A stretch of 64,000 nt of DNA from Rotaria socialis (taxonomy: Eukaryota), in the NCBI GenBank assembly GCA_905331295.1, contig CAJNYD010000012.1, positions 248,001-312,000 on the forward strand, written 5' to 3'. The position numbers and the translations under genes were made by a program. This document shows positions 54,368 to 64,000 of the stretch, piece after piece. The notes below the pieces were generated by a model. That model saw only the letters and a program-made list of their open reading frames with translations. It searched no databases and was not told where the DNA came from. Numbering within the stretch: position 1 is the first letter of the stretch; every line of letters begins with the position of its first letter.

Positions 54368-55587
54368 ACATGAACTTTTTTTTTATAGAAAATTATTATA
54401 ACGAAATTGCCTCAAATTTTATGTTTCTATGATTATGGAATAGTAGTAGTAGTAGATACAACTAATTAGTTATACGTATAAAGAAATCCAAATAGAATAA
54501 CATGTTTATATTGAACATACGATTCAACAGATTTTCATATTCATTAAAGTCTTCAAAAACAATCTATTCCTTTCGTATTCAAATCTATATGATCATTGAA
54601 CAAGATATTTTTAAACAAGCGATCAGTTCTTCTTAACGAAACTGATAATTAAAACTTAAAATAATCTCAGTATGGACTGTAATCATACTGCTAACTTGAT
54701 AACATAAATCTATGTTAGTCACAATATTAAAATAATAAATAAAAATATTGTTGAACTGTAGATCAAAAACAAATTTTAACTACAGGATAAAGAACAGGAT
54801 GCTGAATACTTTCAAAGATTAGATCAATGATTTTATCATTTGTATGAACAGACAAAATTGTGTTAGTAAAGCGTGTGGAATCACGAAGTATACAGTTTAA
54901 ACCTTTATACGTCAATTTTCCTTTTAGATAGTGTTTGATACAATCATGCTATATTTCAATATGAATCGATTCGTTATAGAGAAAAAGTATAGAGCAGGAG
55001 AACTTGAACTATCAAAGAAAAACTTAAATAATTATCCAATAACTTCGACATACATTTCACTTTGACAATTCTGAAAAAGATCTGCCTGATAAACGTATAG
55101 AAAAACTCCCGTATAAATTATTTATTTTCTCTATACTGTATCTATAATTACAAGTTTTAAAATAGTATACAGTGAATGTTGTATTACAATAATTTGCAAT
55201 CTTAGTAGAATTTCTTTTTTTTTCTTATTAGTATAGAATCTGCTGAGCGGCAAAAGAAAAACTGTATTTCAAAATTTAAAAAAAAACATTTCAACGAAAA
55301 AATTCTCAATTCTATTATTTTGAAATACATAGACAATATATATCCGAAACTTTGTTCTTCGTAAAATTCCTTTTGATGAAATATTGATGGTTTCGACAAA
55401 TAAAAGGAACATTTTCAAACAAAATATTCTCTCGTGATTAAATCGATGGAAACAGACCATCAAAATTTTTAAATATTTAATTAGAACTAATCTGTGCTAA
55501 TTATACAAAACTAGTACAAAAATAATTATTTATTAATTTTTAACATTATCATACAACTTAAATTTAACGTTTTATTTTTAATTTTCT

Positions 55588-56743
55588 TCACGATCCTTTC
55601 TTTTTTGTATGCAATGTTTTTCGAATACGGTGTGTGATACGTCGTTTTGTATTCAGTTCAATAATATTTGTTATGATATTAATAAATGGAATATAAGAAG
55701 CAACATTAAATGTTAAACTTCGTTCCATATCACGTTCTATTTCTTCTAATTGATTTCGTACTTGTTTAACTTCATTACGTATTCGATATTCTTGTCGTTT
55801 CATTTCTTCAATTGTTATCATATGATTATTTTCAATAGTTAATAACGTTTGTTCATGTACTTGTTCTAATTGTTTTGTTGAACGTTGATATGATTCTTCT
55901 AAATCTCTACAATGTCGTATTTGTTGTTCATATAAATGTGTTAAATGTTGATTTTGTGTTTTCAATTGATCGATTTCAGTTTTAAAATCTAAACAACGTG
56001 TTTCCATTTCTTGTGTACGCCGTAGAAGCCGATATGCATCTTGAAGATTTTGACAATTAAAACGTTTTGTTGGTTGAAATGAAGCGAGAAATTTTTCTAT
56101 GACTTCTTTCGATATTTCTCGTCTTCTATAATCGAATGGCGATATATCAATAAATATAACTCGATTATCAAATTTATTCAGTACATATGAATATTTATCA
56201 TTTTCATGTAGTTGTTTAAGAAGATGTTTTCTTTCTTCATTGTCATTAAGATTTATTTGTTCAAGATTCGGTAATGAATAATCAGTTACAACAAGACAAG
56301 AATTAGAGTATGCCTCTATTGATAATATTCGTTTGTATATATCCACAAATAGATCGAGATCAGTTGAATTCATTGCTCCAAATCGAACAAAATAAAGAAG
56401 AACATCAATACCAGATGAAAGTGAAATAAAAAAATCAACTAAAGAAAGATGAGATGATTCACCACCACGAGTATCACCGAAACCAGGCGTATCAATAAAA
56501 TTTGAATGCGAAAAACATTGTTGAGTAGTACTTGATATTCGATTGCCGATTCGTTGAGAAAGGCCGGTCATTATATTAAATGCACTTGTTTTTCCGGTAT
56601 CAGTTCGACCTAATAGTGCAACAAGTTTTTCTCGTTTACGAAATCTATCGAAACGCAATTTAAATCAAAAATTTATATGAAATTTCAATCAAACAAAATA
56701 ATACTAACGTAACTGAATCTGCATTATCGAAACAAGGAGGCAT
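55588..56743 (-). CDS. AIG1/GIMAP-like P-loop GTPase with C-terminal coiled coil (exons 56743-56709, 56644-55588)
   Basis: LLGRTDTGKTS, STT, IDTPGFGD, GIDVLLY, LVVT; heptad-rich tail. Confidence 0.78.
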
Positions 56744-57278
56744 AATTGTAAACGTTGAATACTATGTGATTCTTTTCTTTCGACTATTTATAGTTTCATT
56801 GTGACAAACGATAGCCAGCTTAATTATTCGACAGAAGTTTATCTATTCCTATTAGATGTCATCATACTTATCCAATAGACGAGTAATCATCATACATAAT
56901 AATAAGTGTAACAAACAAATGAAATCATCTTCTTGTTTTTTGGTGATGCATTCGCTTCAAAGAAAATCCTATATGAATCGGCGGCACATGACAATTTATA
57001 TTGGGAATGGAGAAGGCAGAAATGCATTGAACTATTCATGGTCAAGTCACTACTGTTTCAAGAGAATAGAATCGATAAATGTTTCAAATTGTGGTAAATT
57101 AAAACATAATTCTGACACTATGAAATATAAACAAGCTAAAAGAATGTTACTCAAGACGTCTTTTTCGCATGTTTATTATTGAAGATACATGGAATGATAA
57201 TAAAAAGACAATAAACAATCGTAACTAGATATCCGTTATGTTTTGATCTCCTGGGTAGATGGAGATGTGGATGAAGTT

Positions 57279-58706
57279 TTACATGACTCGTTTTTTTTGA
57301 TCATTTGATGAATGAATACTACTCGATGTTGACTGTTCAGTTGGTATTGTGTCAGTATTCAATATATTATCGAATATCAGTTTCCAATTAATGGAATTTG
57401 TTTCCTCATAATTTTTATATCGTGGTACGTCAGATTTTTTCATTAATATCAAATCAATATCCATATTTTTTATTGATAATTTTCGAATAAGTATTTTAAC
57501 GTCATCGTGTGTTAATTGTTGAACATTTTTCTTATCAGCATATAATATAATATCATCTTCACGCAGACCAGCAATATAAGCTGGCGAATCGTCTTCGACT
57601 TGATCAATTAAATGAAGACCATTTTGATACCGTAATACAAGACCATAACCATTATATGTTGGATCTTTTCGTAAAATACAATGTTTTATTTTAATTGATA
57701 CTTTACCGACAGTAAATAGAACACGACGATGTTTTGATAATCCATCATCTTCATCTTCAATTGGTGGCGACGGAGATAAAGATTTACTAGGTGAAATTTT
57801 CAAATCACTAATTGGATCACTTGAAACATGTCTAGCTGGTGAACGAGAACGAACTGTTGAATCTAATCATAAGAAAACCAATGAATGTTATTTTATTCAA
57901 AAAGAAAATTGAAAGCAATTCCCGATGTAATCTATCCGATTCTAATGATTCAACTGTTTCATGATTGAGGGGTGGTGAATTTTTTTTGTCATGTGTATTA
58001 CCTTCGGTTATAGTTTGATTACGTTTGACATTTTCAATTAATTCTATATATTTTGGATCATTCACAACTGTTAATTGTAAAGGTTTTTTTGTTTGCATCA
58101 TACGACAAACATCTTCATGTATAGCATGTGTTACATCAATGTCATTAACTGTTAATATACGATCGCCATCGCGTAAACCAGCTTTATCAGCCAATGATAA
58201 TGGTTGTACACTACTAATAAAATGTGTTTGGAGTTGACTATCATTTTCTGAAATAAACGAATTGAAATCTAATCCTGCTGCTTCGTTTAATACAATAAGG
58301 CGTATATCTCTTTTATCGTATTCTCCCGATGCTATACAATAAAAATAATGAGTAAATTAAGATTATAGAATGAAAAAAGAATCAAACTTGATGGTGATAT
58401 TGATGTTTTCTTTCGTGCTATAACCATATTAATTAAACCAGCATTGGTTAATAAATCACGAATAGTGTGTGATACTTCAGAAAATTCAGTTGTACGAATG
58501 TCAGTATTTTCAATTTTAATAAGCCAATCATTTACTTTAAGACCAGCTAAATCAGCTTTTGTGTATTTAGCAACAGCTGTTATAATATATTGCAATGGAT
58601 TTTGTTGTTTAGTTAATTTAAGACCAACAGGACTTGTTTCAGTTGGTTGCATCAATTGTATATTATGGAATTCATAACCGTTCTTTTTTAATTCTGATAT
58701 CGGCAT
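57279..58706 (-). CDS. Three-PDZ scaffold protein (NHERF/PDZK1-like), 3 exons
   Basis: ADLAGLKVNDWLIKI, ADKAGLRDGDRILTVN, GYGL...SPAYIAGLREDDII. Confidence 0.82.
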
Positions 58707-59064
58707 TGTAGCTAAAACTAAACGATAAATTATTAATAAGCGTCGAATAAATAATTCTAAAGAAAATAAACGGATATGAAGAGTAATGCAAAGCTGTTAT
58801 ATCGTTCAGTTCGGAGGAGATAAGTAAAAACAAGATGCACCGCAAACAACGGTAGTATTAGTAGAGAACCGTATATCATCAAGGTAAACATGCAAATTGA
58901 TCATTGTCATGCATCTGTCGCTCTATGTAAGAATCAAGTTGTTACATCGAAACGGTAGTTCATTGAATGCAATTACAGTCAATTGAAAACTATACAAAGG
59001 GCTCATCAATTACTCTGCGAAAGGAAAACAAACGTAAATTGACTGTTTAATAGAGAATCACATT

Positions 59065-60356
59065 CAGTGGCGGCCGAGTCAATAAGACCTGTGAGGCTCG
59101 AGTATCACGGAACTTTGAACTTGACATCCTACGAGAATATTGTGATGATATCAATATGTCTGGTATACATCATAGTCTTTCTTCTTATTGTCGATTTATT
59201 AGCCTTTCTCTTTCCTTCTCTCTCTTCGATGGGTACATAAACGTGTGATCTGTATGTGAACGATACGGTTTATGATATAAAGAATCTAAATAAAGCGTAG
59301 TTCCATCAGTGCACGCATCTCTTGTATCTAAAATCCTCACAAATATATTGTGTCCAAACCTCTTATGCATCTGTGCATGGGTGTTCCGAATAGGAGGTGA
59401 CTTCCTCAATAATCGAAGATTGTTGTATTATGCTGATTGGAAGGTAGAGTTTGTTATGCGATATCTGGAGTAGAATCGCTTCTTCGCACTAACCCGAATT
59501 CTATAGAAATGTCAAAATTGTTTTGCTTCACAAAAATTTAACAGCTATCTCAGTATGGTCAACTTAAAAGATCTTGAGAAATTTTCTAAACAGCTTCGTT
59601 TTGAAATAGTCATGGGACGCGTGACTGCTTCGATGGTAGAAGTATTCACTAATCGCTTTTAAAATGGAATGTGAAGACATTTTTTTTCCTTAAAACTGTA
59701 AGACAAGTAGTATTTTTCAAAATGTGAAAAAGTCATTCTCTCCACGGAAATTGAATGACTGTACGAACGGCGTAAGCATCCGTATGAATCCTAAGACTTT
59801 TTTTTAAAACTGAGACTCTTTTCATATAGCTTCACTTTTTTGAGCAAATGTCACGAGCATGGACGCCTACGATATTCAATCACTTTTTGTTGAAATCTCT
59901 TTTGTCCCGAAGAGATTGCAAAAGAACAGACTTATTAGAAATCTGCAAAAAACCACTTTCACTTCACGAAAAATTGTGTTGAATTTCGTACGATTTTATG
60001 CAGTTGTCTCAAAGTTCGAATTTTTCGCATCGGACTTTGTTGGATGGAATAATGTTTTCCGTACTTTTTAGACCCGAGAAGAAGTGAACATTAGTTTCGA
60101 TGCAGAAACTGTTTGATTCTCAATCTTGGCAATCTCGAAATACTTTTGTACGCGTGGTAGCTTGTGATCCAAGAACGAACAAAGAAAACTGGGTGTTGGA
60201 GCTTTTAGTCATATCTCTCTTCATCAGTTTTTGTTCATCTACTGACGTAGAAAAAAATCACATTTGCTGGACGCTTGAATAAAATTTTGGCTGTAGAATT
60301 TCGGCTGGAGGGACTGTATAAACCTCAATTAGATTGAAGACGCTCCGTCGCCACTG
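59065..60356 (-). mobile_element. Decayed DNA transposon, hAT-like termini
   Basis: Termini CAGTGGCG...CGCCACTG; flanks AATCACATT/ATTCACATT (8/9); minus-strand FFSTSVDE resembles the first-Asp motif of hAT transposases. Confidence 0.65.
59141..59341 (-). mobile_element. Solo LTR (201 bp)
   Basis: TGTGA...TCACA termini; perfect 5-bp TSD AATAT. Confidence 0.8.
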
Positions 60357-61451
60357 ATTCACATTCTGTATCGAATAGTGTGTTACTGAAAATTTTTTGA
60401 AAACATTCTCGGTTAGGAAAGTTAAAGTAGAATTTTTGAAAATTTTAAAACCCGATTTTGATGCTGGAACCCAATATATTTTAAAGAAAAAATGCCAACT
60501 TCTTAATCAGCGCAAAAAATACATTTGATAATGTATTTATATCTGTCTGTTCAAAAAAACAAATTTTGTAAAGCTTGATCAGCAAATTGTTGCGTTACGT
60601 GAACAAACCGTTTAACATTTTTTCATTAAGGAAAAAAATATGCGTAAACTGATTAAAATTATTCTATTATTTTTATAAAAGTTGTTGGCTAAATCCTTGT
60701 AGGATTAAAATGTGACACGCGATATGCCCATCATTGCTAATTCCCTAAAACTGATGTTTTTGTTTATGTATGTTGGGTCATATGTTTTCACGATATAGTT
60801 TAATTTACAGCGCAGAACTGTATTAAGAAAATGCTTCTAAACATTCCAACGAGATGTCCGTCTGGGTTAGTTTGTGATGAGAGAGAAATCAAACTTTAAT
60901 CCATAGCCTGATCTTCTCTCCCTAATACTTGAATGATTATAAGTAGAGGTAGTGATACCCTTAAAGAAGACAAAAACTAATGGCGAACATTCAAGAATTC
61001 ATATTTTGTTTAAAGAATATGAACGAAAAGTGAATCGCATGAAGCGAGTCAAGATGCAACGTTTTTACCGAAAAATATAATGCTTCATATTTAAGTGAAT
61101 TTCTAATCATCACATAAATGTAATAGTAATAACAGAATATGCAGTTGAACTATACAAATCATTATTACTCAATAAATGCTAATGAACAAGATCATATGAT
61201 AAAAGCAAAAGAATATCAGCACTATTTTAGATAATATTTCAATATTCTTTGAAAATATACTGAATTCATGTATTAGCTGCAATCTTCTCAGAAAGTATGA
61301 TTTAAAGCTCAGGTTGATCATATAGAATAGTTCTGTCGCATCAATTCTAATCGGCAAGTAACTTAAACTTCTAAAATAGTTGTTTGATAATGGTTTTTCT
61401 GCGAGTTTTGTTCTTTTTGAATTCTTAAAATTCTATAGTTTTTATAATTAA

Positions 61452-63004
61452 TTATTCACTTTTACTTCGAACACTCGTTTTAAGGTAATAGACTCTTTCA
61501 GTGAGCTTACAAGTTCGATTATGAAGTTGATCAGTATTCAACGTGAGTGATTTTTGACGGTATTTAACGCTCTTGTCATAGTCACCAGCAAGGGCTGCAA
61601 CTTTACTGAGTTCTTGATATAAGTCAGCAAGTATAGGATAATTTAACGGAAGTTCTTTCAGCAACCGAGTCAAATATTTTTCAGCTAAATCAAATTTACC
61701 CATTTCACGTAATAATGTTGCTAACGTTCGAAGATTTGTTTGACCACTGCCAAGTTCGCGTTTCATATCGATGAGAACGTTCTTCAAATCACTCTCATTT
61801 TCACTACACAAAGTCATTCGAATAATCGATATGTGACCATAGCTATGTCGGTCTACACTATCCAAACGAAAAATAGAACCAAGCATAAAGAGTACTTCTG
61901 ATTCACCCGGAAATTCACTAAATGCACTGATATCAGCAAATGGTTTGGAAGTAGCTACTTTAGGATCAGCAACGATTTCGAATAATACTGCATCTAAATT
62001 TTCTGTATCACCAGGAACTTTCAGAAACGAAAGAGCTTGTTCCTTATTAACAGTTGAAGAAAAAAATGAATTCACTGAAATAAATTGTCCCACATATTTT
62101 TGTAAAGTTTGCAGCTCAGCACTTGTTATCATTTGTCCACGATAAACCCGTAGAGATTTCTTTGCTTGATAATATTTCAGTTGATGAGAAATATCAGCGA
62201 TAAATGTACGAAATAAAAAAGTCAAATGAATATTTTCTGTACGTAAAACAGCATTAAGAGTTTTGTAAAAGAATGAATCTCGTGTATACCACCACAAGAC
62301 TTTATCAGGTGAATAATGTTTTCGAAATTCGTGAAGATTGCTTAACTCAAAATGATTGTCTTTATGCTCGTTTTTACAAACTTTAATAAGTTCTCTTTTA
62401 TCCTTTCTGGTGTATTGTAGTCGTAGAAGGCAATCAATAAGAACTTGTGAAAAAACAAATTTTCCATTGACACCATCTGTTGATTTACCTTTAGTGTAAA
62501 TATTAATTGAGAATGGTTCTTCGACAATTTTCTGAATTCTATGATCCTTTCTAATTCGAGAAACGAGTTTATCAAGTTTAGTAATAACAGCTTTTACCTA
62601 TCAATAAAAGAACATGATAAAGCAAAAGTAGAAATCATTGAGTGCAGTTTTACTTTTGTAAAATGGAGAGCCCATCGTTCGTTTCTGCCCTTATCCATAC
62701 AGTACACATAGATTGATATAACTTGCCGAAGTTTGTGAATAAAAGGAACTATTTTTTCTCCCATTCGGCCACTAACAATCATAACTACTCGTTCATATTG
62801 CGATCGTTCACTAATATATTTTTGGCATTTTGTTATATCATGGAATTTCTCAAGACGATTAATAATAGAACGTAAATTTTGTTCTGTATCTCGATAGTCT
62901 TTGGAGTTTGTATTAGCATCGAGCCAGATAAGACAGAAAATGCCAAGACGCCTTTCATTATCTTCTGTATGAACGTGATCTATTGGTAGCGTAGCAGTAG
63001 CCAT
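61452..63004 (-). CDS. NAD:arginine ADP-ribosyltransferase (R-S-E type) domain protein with TPRs (exons 63004-62654, 62597-61452; 3' end may splice further)
   Basis: WWYTRDSFFYKTLN, VYRGQ, NSFFSST, FADIS, ESEVLF, TPR-like helices; N-terminal LIWLD...IVSG...IYVYC domain. Confidence 0.85.
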
Positions 63005-63681
63005 GGTAGTCAAGATGGCGGAGTAGTATAGAAGTTTGGAATGTTATCACTTCAATCCAATTATCGAATGTAAATGTATTCTTTTAGAATCTCAAACAAA
63101 TGTTCGATATTCTCTTTTATTATTATAGTTGCTGAGATTTATCATGCCACGGTTGATGAGAAAAAAAGAGTTAGATACTCGTGTTTGTTGGCGAAAATGA
63201 ATTCTTCTCGTATTCTTCGTCTTCATAGGCACGATTTTGAACGATGATGGAAGGTAATAATCAAAGTTCTTTATTTCTTTTCTCGTTTGGTCATCCAAAT
63301 GGATGCTAAACTCAATCACACTATCTTCCACTACCGCGGGGGGCNCTTCCCATCCCCCCCCCCCCCGCCCCATTATACAAGACCCCCTGCAGAAAAAGTT
63401 CGACAGACGTAATAGAAGATCCTCCCATTTTTTTATTAAGTTTTTGCTAATTACGAATTGTAATTAGTGTTTTTTCATCAAAATATGCCAGATTTGTAGT
63501 ATTTTAAGCTGGAAATATTAAGAGAATATGCTTAATATTGTAGTAACACCGTGAAAACCCAGAAACTCGCCTTCATTTTCTGGAAAATCTTTTTAATTAA
63601 ATATTAGGAAAAAATATGGTTGTTAATAGGAACTTGGTGGAAAAGAGCGAACAGGAAAATAGTGAAAGAAAGACAAAGAAA

Positions 63682-63995
63682 ACGAGGGGTGTCCAAGGAC
63701 TGAGGATTAGGAATTCCTCATCAGTTCCCCTACAGTTCCTTGCATGCTAAAGGTAAAAATATGGAATATTCACGATAATTTTTGTTCCTACACTCGTTTT
63801 TACTTGCAAAATTGTGAGAATCAATGATTTCATGCAAAAATTATTTTTAAAACAGCAATATCGCGACTTTCGTGAATGGTGGAACTGTGAAGGAGCCAAT
63901 AGTTGATTCCCATTTCCTCTAGGAATTATCACAACGACACTGACAATTCCTCGGCACATTAGGAATTCCTATTTCTCAGTCCTTGGACACTGCTG
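63682..63995 (-). mobile_element. MITE family copy B (inverted relative to 51870-52186)
   Basis: TIR GTGTCCAAGGACTGAG / CTCAGTCCTTGGACAC; shared interior with copy A. Confidence 0.8.
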
Positions 63996-64000
63996 CTGCT

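Noticed and set aside
60870..60960. Possible box C/D snoRNA (GTGATGA...CTGA)
   Set aside because: No terminal box D or closing stem, and no recognisable guide
62342..62575. Apparent frameshift in the ART-TPR gene
   Set aside because: Off-frame ORF; the true frame is open from the acceptor at 62597

Overview
AT-rich eukaryotic genomic DNA with very short (about 50-65 nt) GT-AG introns and one assembly gap (43863-44322). Gene style and families, especially the ART-TPR protein, suggest a bdelloid rotifer (inference). The first ~18.5 kb holds mostly conserved metazoan genes: a Shab/Kv2 channel, GINS2/Psf2, a SEL1-repeat DELE1-like gene, tRNA-Gln(TTG), a MEIOC homolog and a small intron-containing mariner-HTH gene. 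From ~19 kb the window becomes an accessory zone rich in transposons and pseudogenes. It contains AOAH (with an in-frame stop, plus a second partial copy), an intronless Arf GTPase fused to a tandemly duplicated unknown domain, a decayed plant-like methyltransferase, a D8C membrane protein, a GT31 glycosyltransferase, an AIG1/GIMAP-like GTPase, a multi-PDZ protein and an ART-TPR protein. Mobile elements include FLYWCH-bearing MULE derivatives, hAT/CMC-type MITEs, a 5'-truncated LINE and three solo LTRs, each nested inside an inverted-repeat element. All homology calls come from motif recognition by eye; no searches were run.
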